64,000 nucleotides of DNA from Hyaloraphidium curvatum SAG 235-1 (taxonomy: Eukaryota; Fungi; Monoblepharomycota): contig JAIVFI010000002.1 of NCBI GenBank assembly GCA_025558095.1, positions 1 through 64,000 of the forward strand. The letters run 5' to 3'. Both the position numbers and the translations under genes were made by a program. Positions 9,660-21,222 of the stretch are shown piece by piece (the first letter of the stretch is position 1; every line of letters begins with the position of its first letter). A model generated the notes under the pieces. It did no database searches and was not told the DNA's origin. It saw nothing but the letters and a program-made list of their open reading frames with translations.

Positions 9660-11001
9660 TCACCTCCCCGACCGGTAATCGCCCTGCGTGTACGAGCTCC
9701 CGTACGTCAGCCCCCTTCCCCCCGGCCTCGGTCCCTTCGGCCCCCTCCTCCCCTCCTTGATCCTCCCCTCCACATGCACCGTGTCGCCATCGACCCAGTA
9801 CGCCTTCTCCAGCTCCACCTCGACCAGCGCGAACCTCGCCCCCGGCCCGTCGCGTGTCCCCGGCGGCGCGGGCGCGGACCCGGCGAACCCGGCGGCGCCA
9901 AACACCGCGCCCGCGGCGTCGGCGTTGAGCACCCTCGCCGGCACGACGGGCGCCGCGGTGGCGGCGAGCTTGGGCTCCAGCAGCGCGCGGATGCCGAAGG
10001 TCGGGCGGGCGCGGGCGGCGGCGTCGTCCGCGGGCGGGGTGGCGGGCTTGGTCTCGGGGCGGAGGTGGAAGAGGAACGAGGGGGGGTGCACGCGCGGGCC
10101 GGTGGCGCGGGGTTGGGGGAGGAGGGAGAGGGCGAAAGTGCGGGCGGCTCCGGGGGGGACGGCGTAGTCCGGGAGGGGGCGGGGGTTCTCCGAGGCGGTG
10201 TAGGTGTCGAGGGGGGGCATGCCGTCGCGGATCCACTGGCGGAAGCGGCGGCGGACGGCGGGGGAGCGTGCGGCGGCGAGGAGCGCGGAGAAGTCGGCTT
10301 CGGAGAGGTCGGGGAGCTCCTTGGGTTCCTCGAAGCGCACGTCGCGGTACGTGCCGCCGAGGTCCGCGGCAGCCTGAGGCGGCACGAGCTCGTTCCACCG
10401 CGCGAGGCGGTCGGCTAAGGGTGTGGCGGGGACCCACTCGGCCGCGCGGTCGTCGGCCGTGTCAAATTGGGCGGCGGGTTTGGGCTCGACCGGTGGGAAG
10501 ATGGGACGCTGCGCCATCCGGGGGCTGACGAGGCGTGGCACGGGGAGGAACTCGGGGCCGGTCTGCGGGTTGGGGTCGTACGGCCTGGGCAGCGGGGCCA
10601 TCAGGGGGCTGTCAACCCAACCAGCAGCCAACGGCAGTTTAAGAGGAGATTAAGGAGAGGTCAGAAGCACGAATACGGCGGGCCAGGACGGGTTACCTCG
10701 CGGGGGCCACGGCGCCGAACTCGCGCTTGAAGCCAAAGTCGCCGCGGTCCTTGCGGGCGTCCCACTCTGCCAGCTGCGCGTCCGACGCGCCCGGCGGCGG
10801 GTCCGGGATCTGATAGGTCTGCCCCAGAGCCAGCTTGCCGTCGACGGCGGCGAACCGCGAGCTTCTAAAGAGGTGCGCGAACGAGTCGAGCGCCGTCGGC
10901 GGCGGCGCATCGCGCGGCGCCCGCGACGACTTGCAGCGGGACAGGCGCGGGGCGGAAGCCCGGCCCAGCGCCCGGACGCGCGGCGCGCTGAGAGGGAGCA
11001 T
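9660..11001 (-). CDS. Probable mitochondrial ribosomal protein Mrp51 (bS1m)-like (2 exons)
   Basis: Arg/Ser-rich presequence-like N-terminus. FAHLFRSSRFA and RGDFGFKR resemble the RGDWGLKR motif of fungal Mrp51. Intron 10609-10696 (GTAACC...ACAG) joins the ORFs in frame. Confidence 0.55.
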
Positions 11002-11419
11002 CGCGGCGGCAGGCGGCTGGCGATGCGTGGCCGTGGCGTTTGTTGCCGCGGGCCGTGCGGAAGGGCGCACGGCGATCGGCCGCGTCCGCACGTACTCCCC
11101 GTGAAGCAGCTGTGCAGTCAACAACCAAGGAGGACTTCTGCTAGCATCCATGTCCGCCGCTTCTGCCGCTGATGGCTACCGTCGTGCACGAATCGTTGAT
11201 CGAGGTGCCCTTGAGCCCCGGCCCGCTCAGCACCTTCGCCTTCGCGGACTGCGCCGACAAAACTATACGCAGTGGACCATCGCTGGGGAAGGAAAACGTT
11301 GGAGTTGAATGGTCTGCGGCGCATCTTGACGTTCAATGCGCTGCATGACGCGTCGGCGGTCCTGCCGTCACCGCAACGCGCAACCCGCTCAGCACCGATC
11401 AGCAACCCGGACCGCAGCC

Positions 11420-13356
11420 ATGGCGGACGCGCCGCAGCCCGTGCGAGCGCACTTCGAGGCGTTCATGGCGGCGGGCACGGCGGCCGACATTCTCGACGCG
11501 TTCGGGAAGCTGGCCGGCGCGGCGGACGCGTCATCTGGAGAAGACGCCGGGCACTCTTACGAGCGGCTCCGCGACGCCGTGCTGCCGCACCTCCCGTACA
11601 AGCACAAAGGATTGTTTGAAGGATTGGACGCGCGTTTCGCGCGGTATGCCGCCCTTCGTGCCCAGACTCCCCCCGATGCGCGCCCCCTTCTTGTTTCCGG
11701 CGCCGGCCCGTGCGGCCTCCGCGCCGCCGTCGATGCCCGACTCCTTGGCATCTCGTGCACTTTGGTCGAACTCCGCACAGATTTCTCGCGGCACAACGTG
11801 CTCAAGGCGTGGCAGGGCTCGCTGGACGACCTCGCCGGGCTGGGGCTCGCCGCCTCGGTGCCCGGCTTCCGCAGGCACGGCGTGCTGCACTGCCCGACAA
11901 AGGACCTGCAGGCGACGCTGCTGCGCGCCGCACTGCTTTTGGGGGCGGACGTGAAGATGGGCTGGGGCGTGTGCGGGCTGCTGGACCCCTCCTTTGTTGT
12001 GGATGGGGCGGAGGGGGAGGCGGGCCGGGCGGGGAGCTGGCGTGCCTGGGCGCTCCCCGAAAAGCTGGCCCGGGAATACCTCCGACCCCCCGACTCGGCC
12101 GACTCCGCCGACGAGCCGGCCGAGCTCGCGCTGAAACCCGGGGAGCAGGACACCTCGCGGCTGCAGCAGACCTCGCTCGTCGATTTCGTCGAGGTGCCCG
12201 CTCCCGATCCCAAGGCGATCCTGCGCGGGCCGGACGGCGGGCTGGGGGACGGGGATCGCGAGCGCGGGCTGCTGGTGGACCCGCTGCGGAGCGGACACGG
12301 CGTACAGCTGCCTCTGGTGATCCCGTTCGACAGCCTGGTCATTGCCGAGGGCGAGGCCTCGCGGCTGATCCGCCGCCTCGGCTTCTCGCGCAAGGTAAAC
12401 AAGTTCGCCAACGCCATCGGTACGGCGCCGCGGTTTGTCGCTTCCATGCTGGCCGTACTGAACAGTTCCCCCCCTCGTCCAGGGATCGTGGTCAACCTCG
12501 ACTTCTCCCCGGGCGCGGGCCCCACCTCCCCCGAGCGCCGCATCCCGGAGCGCGTGGTCTGGCGGGCCAGCGCCGACTGGCGCTCCTCGGTGCTCGGCCC
12601 CCTGGCCGACGCCGGCTTCCACGCCGAGAACCTCGAGTACCTCCGCGGCGCCGCGGCCCACTTCATCGCCGCCACCACGCGCATCCTCGATCTGCTAACG
12701 GCGGGGATCGTGCGCGCCGATCGGGGCCGCGTGCGGGACACGCTCAGGGGTGACAACGTCGACCTCGATGCTCTGCGGGAGCTGGCGAGGAAGCTCGCGC
12801 GGGCGCTGGGGATCCCAGACGATGCGCCGCTGTCGGCCAAGCACGGCGTGCAGGTGTTTGACTTTTCGGCGCGCGGGCTGTGCACCGAGGTCGCGAGGGT
12901 GCTCGAGGCAGACGGGGGCCCGGATGCGCTGGTGCTGCCGGCGGGGGACACGATGCAGAACCCCTATTGGTGGGCCCCGCGAGCGTCCGCGACATTCATC
13001 CTGCTGACCCGCCCCTTTCCCGCGACGGCAGGCCCCAGGGTCTCGGCATCAACCGCGGCTTCCACAACGCCCTCGACGCCGTCTGGACCGCGTACCTCCG
13101 CCTCCTCGCGCACCCCCCTTCCCCCCCGCTGGACGAGCGCCGCGACGCCTTCCGCACCGCGGACTACCTCACCTTCTCCCCCGCGTGCCTCGCCCCCGCG
13201 GCCGGTTGGACCGCCGATCCGTGTAGCAGGTACGCGCAGGCGGTGTATGCGCGGAGGCACCTGGATGATGTGGCGGCCGGGAGGCCGCCGGGGGTGCTGC
13301 CGAGGATACGGGAGGCGCTGGGGCTGAGGGAGGCGGCGGTCGCTGCCAATGGATGA
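11420..13356 (+). CDS. Stand-alone MICAL-like FAD-dependent monooxygenase (3 exons)
   Basis: GAGPCGLRAAV..LLG...VELRTDFSRHNVL and, after splicing, GDTMQNPYWPQGLGINRGF match the MICAL monooxygenase motifs. Introns 12420-12482 and 12970-13031. Confidence 0.8.
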
Positions 13357-13693
13357 TGGGGGAATGAGTTGGGGCAGTGCGTAGGTATCCCCGTTCGCGA
13401 CTCCAGCTGGAGCGGACGCGCCTAGCCCTAGCGCAATCGGCCTGTGCTTTTCTGGTACCGCTAATGCTGGTTCGTGGCTTCTTCCATGTTGTTTGCGTCG
13501 GCCACCTTGCCACTCGCCACCATCCGCCACTGAACTCAAACTCCGTCGCGCGCTTCCGCCGTCTGCTGGCCCTAAACTCAGCTACAAACACTTTAGCACG
13601 CGTTCTTCGTGCTCTAAAGTGCGAGAGGGGGTTTTTCAGCCGCCCGACGTGACCTGGCCTTCGTTAGCCGCACTGTCTCCCGCGATCCTCGCC

Positions 13694-14902
13694 ATGGCTC
13701 CCCACATCTTCTCCAACCTGTTTGTGCTCGAGGTGGCCTCCTATATCGCCGGTCCTTCTGCAGCGACGATCCTCTCGGACTTTGGCGCCGACGTGGTGCG
13801 CATCGAACAGCTGGACGGCGACCTCTACAGGCGCTACTTCCCCGGGCAGAGCTTCCACTTCGACCTCACGGCGAGGAACAAGCGCAACGCGGCCATGGAC
13901 ATCAAGGACCCGCGGTGCTTCGCCGCCCTCATGAAGCTCGTGGAGCGCGCCGACGTGTTCCTGACCAACTACCTGCCCCCGATCCGCACCCGCCTGGGGA
14001 TCGGGTACGAGGACCTCAGGAAGATCAACCCGCGGCTGATCTACGCCACCGTATCGGGATACGGCGATAAGGGTCCCGAGGCCGAGAAGCCCGGGTTCGA
14101 TGCGACGGCGTACTGGGGCCGCTCGGGGCTGCAGGACACGGTGCGGCCCGACCCCGACGGCCCGCCCGCGGGGAGCGCGGTGGCGCAGGGCGACTACCCC
14201 ACCAGCATGTCGCTCTTTGCGTCCATCATGGTGGCGCTGTACCGCCGGCAGATCACGGGCGAGGGCGGCTACGCGACCACGAACCTGCTGCACAACGGGA
14301 TCTTCTCCAACTCGACCTACGTCTACGGCGCGCTGCGGGGGGCCGACCTCGCGGGGGAGGTGCCGCAGCCCACGCGCGCGACGAGGCCGAGGCCGCTGGT
14401 CAACATGTACAGGTGCAGGTGCGGGGGGTGGCTGTTCATGACGGTGGTGCAGGAGAAGCAGGTGGCGCCGCTGTGCCGGATCCTGGGGATGCCGGAGCTC
14501 GTCGACGATCCGAGGTTCGCGACGGGGGAGGCAAGGGCGGCCAACAACGTCGAGGTGACGCGGATCCTGGACGGGCTCTTCGCGAGGCACGACCGGGCCG
14601 ATCTCATCAGGGCGATGGACGAGGTAGGGATCACCTACGGCCGCATCTCGACGGTCGCAGAAGCCGCAGCGGATCCGACGGCGCACGCCAACGGTGTCTT
14701 CGTGCCCTACGCCGACGGCCGCGGGATGACGGTGGCCAACCCGATCAACGTGTCGGGCGTGGACAAGGTGGCGCCCAGGTGGGCACGCGGGCTCGGAGAG
14801 GACACCGCCGAGGTGCTCAAGAGCGCGGGAGTGGATGGGGAGGAGTTCCGGCGGATGGTGGAGGACGGGGTCGTCATCGTGGCGGGATCGTCCAAGCTAT
14901 GA
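13694..14902 (+). CDS. CoA-transferase family III (CaiB/BaiF), intronless, PTS1 (SKL)
   Basis: AGPSAATILSDFGADVVRIE, RNKRN, ADVFLTN, INPRLIYATVSGYG..GP...PGFD, LGEDT; ends SSKL. Confidence 0.92.
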   Translation: MAPHIFSNLFVLEVASYIAGPSAATILSDFGADVVRIEQLDGDLYRRYFPGQSFHFDLTARNKRNAAMDIKDPRCFAALMKLVERADVFLTNYLPPIRTRLGIGYEDLRKINPRLIYATVSGYGDKGPEAEKPGFDATAYWGRSGLQDTVRPDPDGPPAGSAVAQGDYPTSMSLFASIMVALYRRQITGEGGYATTNLLHNGIFSNSTYVYGALRGADLAGEVPQPTRATRPRPLVNMYRCRCGGWLFMTVVQEKQVAPLCRILGMPELVDDPRFATGEARAANNVEVTRILDGLFARHDRADLIRAMDEVGITYGRISTVAEAAADPTAHANGVFVPYADGRGMTVANPINVSGVDKVAPRWARGLGEDTAEVLKSAGVDGEEFRRMVEDGVVIVAGSSKL

Positions 14903-15020
14903 AGCGGCGCGACGGGCACTCTTTTAGCTAGATTGTCACGGAAGATCTGTTACAAAAATTCAAGGAAGACCTAGTTTTCGGGGAATCGATCTGATCGCAC
15001 ATCGAGCACTGTCGAGCCGT

Positions 15021-16349
15021 TCACCGGAACTTCGTCACCACCATCCGGTCCTGGATCGCCCCGACATGATCCATTTTGGCGAACGCGTCGTTCAGGTCGT
15101 CCAACGAACACGGCGTGACGAGCGGCTTGACCTTGCCCTCGGCGACCAGCTGCAGTGCCGCCGCGGCATCCTGGGACAACGTGTCAACGGCGCAGGAGAA
15201 CCAGTGCGCACGCAGGGTCGTTACCTCGGTGCTCCCGATGACGCTCCCCTTGATCGTAATCTCCTTCATCAGCACCGCCATGACGTCCAGCTCGATCGGC
15301 TTGTCCGACCCCGGCACGCCGATGAACACCACCACGCCGCCGCCGCGGACGAGCTCGGGCGCCTGCTGGAACGCCGAGTTGGCGGTCGTGACGACGATGA
15401 TGGCGTGTAGGCCCTGCCCGCCCGTGTGCGCGCGGACGGCGTCGGGCGTCTTGGCGCCCTCCGTCTTGGGGTTCACGCAAGCCTGGGCGCCTAGCTTCTT
15501 GGCCGTGGCGAGCTTGCTGTCGTCGATATCGAGGGCCAGCATCTGCGAGTGAGGCAAATCAGCTGATACCACAACTCGTTCGACGAAGGCCGCACCTTGA
15601 AGCCCATCGTCTGCCCGATCTGGATCGCCATCTGCCCCAGCCCGCCCGCCCCGCTGAGGCCCACCCAGTCCCCAGACCGCGCGCTCGTCCGCTTCAGCCC
15701 GGCGTAGACGGTTACGCCGGCGCATCCTATCGGGCCGGCCACGTCGAACGGCACGTTGTCGGGGATGCGGACGACAAAGTCGGGGTTGACAACGGTGTAC
15801 TCGGCGCTGCAGAAAACGGCATCAGCTGGACCTTCCCCTCCGATTCTGCACGCCACCCACAAGAACCCGTTCTTATGCGTCGCGAACCAGCTCTTGTCCG
15901 GGCACTGCTGCTCCAACCCGCGGGTGCAGTACTCGCATTTCCGGCAGCAACCCCCGTTCACGGGCGCCAGTATCCGGTCGCCGACCTTCCACCCCTTCAC
16001 GTTCTCTCCCACCGCCGCAACGGTTCCGGCACCCTCGTGTCCTAGATTCGGTGGTCTCGGTAAGCGCTGGGTTGCCCGGCGCGCCCGAGAGAACGACCTA
16101 GGATGAATCCGTCGGGGATGCCGAAACGCTCCGCGCTCGCCGAGAGCATCTGGTCCGAGTGGCAGACGCCGCACGCGGCGACCTTCATGAGCAGCTCGCC
16201 GGCGGACGGTTTCGGGAGGGGAACGTCCTCGAACGTGAGCGGGCCCTGCGGGATGGGCGTGTTTGCCGGTCTCCCGCGGCGGCGTCAGGGGGCGCGTCGC
16301 GCACCTTGCTGTGCGTCAGTGCCGCCCGCATTTTGTCCGGGAGGGCCAT
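15021..16349 (-). CDS. Zinc-dependent alcohol dehydrogenase (multi-exon)
   Basis: GVCHSD, LGHEGAG, structural zinc cluster CCRKCEYCTRGLEQQC, CAGVTVY and Rossmann GAGGLG. Exons are joined by short GT-AG introns. Confidence 0.92.
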
Positions 16350-16447
16350 GGCGGCGGAAAGCGGCGCTGGAGAGGTGAATGAAGGAAGCGGTGGCGTGGG
16401 GGACGCGGGGAACGGGTGAACCCGGTCCGGGTGGCAAAGGTTGGCGC

Positions 16448-17658
16448 CTATGGCCGCGTCAGCAATTGCTCCCATCCACACAAAGCGGCAGCGGAAAAGC
16501 GCATCCGAAGATACTCGATGGCGTTGTCCGTGCCGGCCATCAGACGTGCCGTGCTTGACGTTGCCGGCGCCGTGGAGCTGGTCGCGGGGGCTGTAATGCT
16601 GGTGCTCGTGCCGGTCCATGGCATGGCCGAAGTCGTCCTCGGCAACGAGATGGCCCCGTCGACGGTCGCCGCCGTCCCCAGCGGCGCAACGAACAGCGCC
16701 AGCACCGTGCAGTCCGCCAAGCGGAGCACCAGGGGCGTGCCGGCCGGCTCGGCGGGCATCACGATCCGGAAGAGGCCCGACGCGTCGGTGGCGCCGCTGC
16801 CCAGGGCGGGCCTGCAGACCACTGCCCTCTTGCCGCGGGCCAGGGGGTACGAGACGGCGACCGAGACGCCTACGAGGGGCCTGTCAACACCGGGCACGTA
16901 TTCGCGGGAGGGGGAAACGTCGTAGTAGATGCTGGAAAGGGGAAGGCGGGTCAGCTTGCCCGATGCGACGCGAGCCGGAGACGCACCGCCCCGAAATGGT
17001 CTGCAGCGGCCTTCTCGTCGTCGTCCTCTTTGCCGGCGTCACGGTCCGCGTCCGCGTGGTCCGCCTGGTGGACGTGACGGTCCGCCGCCGCGGGCAGCAG
17101 TACGCGGCCCTGCTCGTGCCGGGCTTGGCGAGGCGTGCTCCGGCGGGGCAGAGGGGGCAGAGGTGGTTCGGCACGATTGCGCGGCGTTCCGGTGGCGATG
17201 CATCGTGCGGATCATTGGGGGAATGCGCGGCATTTGCCAGAGGTTCCTCGGCAGACGCGTCGCCTCGCGCGGCGGGCCAAGCACGCCCGGCGAGGCCGCG
17301 TGCTCGAGCGCTTGCGGTGACGGTCCTCGTCACGGTGATTGTCCTGAACTTGGTTACGGGCCGCGAATCAGAGGGAGCGCAGCAGCACCCCGAGAGCTGC
17401 CCGGTGACAGCGTCAGGCGGAGAACTTTCCGAGCCCCGAATGAACACACATAGGAGGCGCCGGGTTTGCTTCATGCCATGCACGGCAAGGCGTCGGGAAG
17501 ATCGACGTCAGGTTTTGCAGGCACGCTGGTACGGAGGGACGCCGTGCGACTCACCAGGCTGGCGCCGCGGCCCAGAGCTGCGGCGACGCGGCGTCCGCCG
17601 CGGGCCAGGGACACAGCGCGACCAGGCACTCGGCCAGAATTGCTGCGGCTATGAGCAT
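16448..17658 (-). CDS. Secreted Cys- and Thr/Arg-rich hypothetical protein (about 4 exons)
   Basis: Hydrophobic N-terminus MLIAAAILAECLVALCPW. Spliced CKPGASY-LSGCCC, CPLCP...YCCPRRRTVT, RT-rich linker, then a beta-rich domain (IYYD...DRPLVGVSV...TDASGLF). Exon boundaries are inferred from GT/AG sites. Confidence 0.55.
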
Positions 17659-18233
17659 CGGTTGGATTCGTTCTCAATTCGATTGCTGTCTTCGACGTTG
17701 TTTTGGAGCGCGGGATCCGGAACCTGAGGCCGTCGAGTCAGACGACCCCGCCACAGTGTGACTCCGCGCGCTCGCATTTGCCTTCGCCGCAGTCGGCGCC
17801 ATAAGCGGACGCGGATTACGAGACCCAATCTCACGATACGGTTGGTGAAGGCCCTGTGCTCGCCCGGATGCAGCAGCCGGGATGCGACGGCGTAGTCAGC
17901 TTGTGCTTCGCCACAGATCACCGCGGCCCCATTGAGCATGCCGGAGAGGAAGAGTTGGCTGTAGCGCGCACTGAGAAGACCTAGACATGTGGACGATGAT
18001 TTCCCGGCCAGCTGGCCGCCCGTTGGGTGGTGCGTGCCGAAGCCCCCAGCTTGCCCGGAAGGGTCCGTGGCACCATCCCCAAGCACGACTCGCTCGAAGC
18101 CATCCCATCCGACGGCTCGCGTAGAGCTCCAGCATTTTGTCTGTGAGGCGCTGCCTAGTCGAGGACGCGAGTCCTCAGGCGACCGTCGCCACCCGCAACC
18201 CTTTCTTGCGGAACGCTCCCCCTCGCGGCCGTT

Positions 18234-19907
18234 ATGACGGCGATGGCGGAGGCGGACCCGGACGGCGACGGCTCCTGCGAGCTTTCTGCGCTGCGCGTGG
18301 TCGATCCCGCCGCGTCGGACGCGCCGTTCCGGCTCTCCGCGGCCGAGTGGGCCGCCCTGTTCCCGGCTCCCCCGACCGACGCGGACGTCCCCGACGGTGG
18401 CGCGCCGGCTCGCGCCGCCCACCCGCTGACGGAGCGCGCCGTCCTCGATCTGCTGGGAGATCCGCGGTGGCGGGCTGGCCCTCTGGCGTCGCTCGTCAAG
18501 TTCTCCCGGTTCACGGCCCCCGTCTCCGCGTACCACCGCGTGCCGCACGATCTCGTCACACTGCCGCTGGCCGGCCTCCTCTGGTATTTTGCACCCCCTA
18601 CGGGACGCTTCTCCACGCTGTCACTCGCTGCCTCGACCGCCTCCACCGCCGTGGGCGCCGTCGCGTGGAGCTGGGGCATCATCGGGTACGGGATCCTGGC
18701 CCTGGGGCGCCGGTGGAACGTCAAGGACGTCACCGACGGGGTTGATGACGTGGAAAAGCAGGACATCGAGCCCACGCCGCCGCCAGGTACGGAATCGACC
18801 TGGGACGCGCACGTGCTGGCCCCCATGCTGCGCTGGATGATCCTGACGGACGGCGATCGCGCCTCCGAATCCGGACCTCTCGTACGCCACGATCCCACGG
18901 ACACGCTCTGCCCGTGTGCTAGGGCATCCTGCTGCGGCTCGTACCCGCGCGTCGACAGCACCCTCCGATCCGTCGCGCTCGCCGTGCAGGTCCTCGCTTC
19001 GATGGTGGCCTGGGTACTGCTCAAGTTCTGGATCCAGTTCATAACGGCCGGGACGACGTTCTGGCACATCCCGTGGTCGGCCGCGCTGGGCGGCCTCGTC
19101 AGAGAGTTTCGTTTCCGAGCCCGCCATACTCGCGCTCACCTCATGCCTCGCACAGTCCTCGTCGAGGTGATCCTTCTCACCTCCAACTACGTCACACTCT
19201 TCTTCACGCAGCCGAACGCCGTACCAGCTCGGCTGACTTCCAGGCTGCAGCGCCGCGCGGCCACGCTCGCCCTCGACGACCTCGTCGCCCGGTGCGCCAC
19301 CGGCCTGAAGCCGGACCTTGGCGGCGCACCAGGTCACACTCCTGAACCGCCGGGCGCCGACGAGGAGGACGCCCGGCTCTCTGCGGCGCTGGTGTCCTTC
19401 GTCCGCGCCCGCAACCTCGAAGGCGAGGCCGTACGCAAGACCCTCTCCATCTTCTTCGTCTCGGACGTCTTTGTCGGGGGCATCATCAACGCGGCCGCTG
19501 CCGGGTGCATCCCCGCCGTCGGCCTTGCCTCGGGTCTCGTCATCCTGGGCTTCATCGCGCAGGACCTCGCGCAGGCGGCCGCCGCCAACGCCGCCGTCGC
19601 CGGCGTCGCGGACCAGTACCGCCGCGCCGCCTCGCGCCTCCGCTCTCTCCTCCTCGCGGCTCCTCTGGCCTCCACGCCGGAAGAGCTCGATACGCGCGCG
19701 AAAGTGCGGGAGCACCTGCGCGCGCTCGAGGCGTTCGCGGGCGAGCCGGGGCTGGCGGCCAGGTTCATGGGGTTCCCCGTGTCGTTCGGCGCGCTGAGGA
19801 CGCTGCTGGTGACCGCGCTGACCGTCGTCGTGGGGCTTTGGGGGATCCTGAGGGGGCTGGGGGTGTTTGTGGCCGTGGAGAACGCGTGTCCGACGGTGTC
19901 AGGATGA
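18234..19907 (+). CDS. Multi-pass membrane protein, candidate 7TM ion channel / gustatory-receptor-like fold
   Basis: 557-aa ORF with several hydrophobic segments, an internal CPCARASCC motif and C-terminal LEAFAGEPGLAARFMGFPVSFGALRTLLVTALTVVVGLWGIL. The CDS is well supported; the family call is tentative. Confidence 0.65.
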   Translation: MTAMAEADPDGDGSCELSALRVVDPAASDAPFRLSAAEWAALFPAPPTDADVPDGGAPARAAHPLTERAVLDLLGDPRWRAGPLASLVKFSRFTAPVSAYHRVPHDLVTLPLAGLLWYFAPPTGRFSTLSLAASTASTAVGAVAWSWGIIGYGILALGRRWNVKDVTDGVDDVEKQDIEPTPPPGTESTWDAHVLAPMLRWMILTDGDRASESGPLVRHDPTDTLCPCARASCCGSYPRVDSTLRSVALAVQVLASMVAWVLLKFWIQFITAGTTFWHIPWSAALGGLVREFRFRARHTRAHLMPRTVLVEVILLTSNYVTLFFTQPNAVPARLTSRLQRRAATLALDDLVARCATGLKPDLGGAPGHTPEPPGADEEDARLSAALVSFVRARNLEGEAVRKTLSIFFVSDVFVGGIINAAAAGCIPAVGLASGLVILGFIAQDLAQAAAANAAVAGVADQYRRAASRLRSLLLAAPLASTPEELDTRAKVREHLRALEAFAGEPGLAARFMGFPVSFGALRTLLVTALTVVVGLWGILRGLGVFVAVENACPTVSG

Positions 19908-20297
19908 GCATGGCAGGACGTTTCGGGGCGGAGCTGTATTTGGGGGCTCGCCGTGGCGGACGGCGCCGTCCGTTCTGCGACGAGTACGGCAAGGACGAGT
20001 AGAAAGAGAGCGGCAAGGTGGAGGTGAAGCAAGCAGGCCGCGTGATCGACGGCTGGACGGACGGTTTCGCGGATCCGTTGGCGGTTCTTGCTGTAGCTTC
20101 GAAAGAGCTTACATTGCAATCAATGTCATTCGTCTTCCATCGTGTTTGCCAGAGGAATAACGGCACCCGATCCAAGGGCGCGCCGGCATCAGATCAGAGA
20201 CGGCCACGAAGAAGGGTTCGGGTCCGCCCGACCTTGCTGGGCGTGACCGGCGCGGCGCAGAAAAAAAAGGCCGCCCTTTCCGTCCCGCCCCCCCACC

Positions 20298-20736
20298 ATG
20301 CTCCCCCGCGCCGCCCTCCCCCTCCTCCTCGCCCTCCTCCTCCTCCCCACCTCCGCCCCCGCCCTCCCGGGCCCGGCGGTGGTCTTCCGCCGCTCGTGCG
20401 CGGAATGCGGCGACGACGCCCTGTGGTGCGCCGATGCCGCCCCCGCGCCGGCCGCGGCCGAATTAATTCCCCCCGCGGCGCAGCGAGTTCGGGTACAAGG
20501 GGGCGCCGGCGTACCACGTCGCGTGCTTCGAGTACGGCGCGTTCGGGGGGGACGGCCAGCGGCTCGTGGAGGGGTGCCTCCCCGACGCCCGGCCGTGCGG
20601 TAGCTCGTCGCAATGCTGGTGAGCTGCCGTTCGTGGCTGCTTTGGACTGTTTCTGAGCGACTGTTGCCGGGCCAGCTCGGGCGTTTGCGATGGGGAGGGG
20701 GCGGACAGCGTCTGCCTCCCGCCCGCGGCGGCATGA
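20298..20736 (+). CDS. Small secreted Cys-rich protein with C-terminal knottin-like motif (3 exons)
   Basis: Signal peptide. Introns 20426-20483 and 20619-20675 give ...VFRRSCAECGDDALCEFGYKGAP...CLPDARPCGSSSQCCSGVCDGEGADSVCLPPAAA*. Confidence 0.7.
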
Positions 20737-21222
20737 AGAGGAAATCGTCCGACGAAGGGGCAGACGCATCTCCGCGACGATATCAGAGCGATCCGTGTTT
20801 GTAGAATACCACGTAGGGAATACCAGCGAGTACTGGTGGCTCGGCAGATCCGTTGCCGAAGGGGATCTTCCGCTTCGAGTCCGACGGGCCGCCGGTCTCC
20901 GCACCAGCAGGAGCGGCCGCCTCGTTGAGAGAGCGAGCTTTTTCTTTGCTTCGAAGCATTGACTGGTGTTGTTGCATGAGGAGCGCAAAGAGGCGTGGTA
21001 GGGATGTCTCCCACGAGGGCTCCTCCCCTTCTATCCCCTCGGTCCATGACAAAGCGTCAATGGACGTGTCGGTCTCGCTACCCAGCACGTAAGAAGTCAT
21101 TACGTACGGCATGGATGTGCCGCCGGCCAAACAGGCGGCGAGATCCTCGTAAAGGACTTCGGCAACGCGCAATCTCCGCTGGGGACCAGAGTGGGGACAC
21201 CGCCCCCCAGCCTTTTCCCGCG

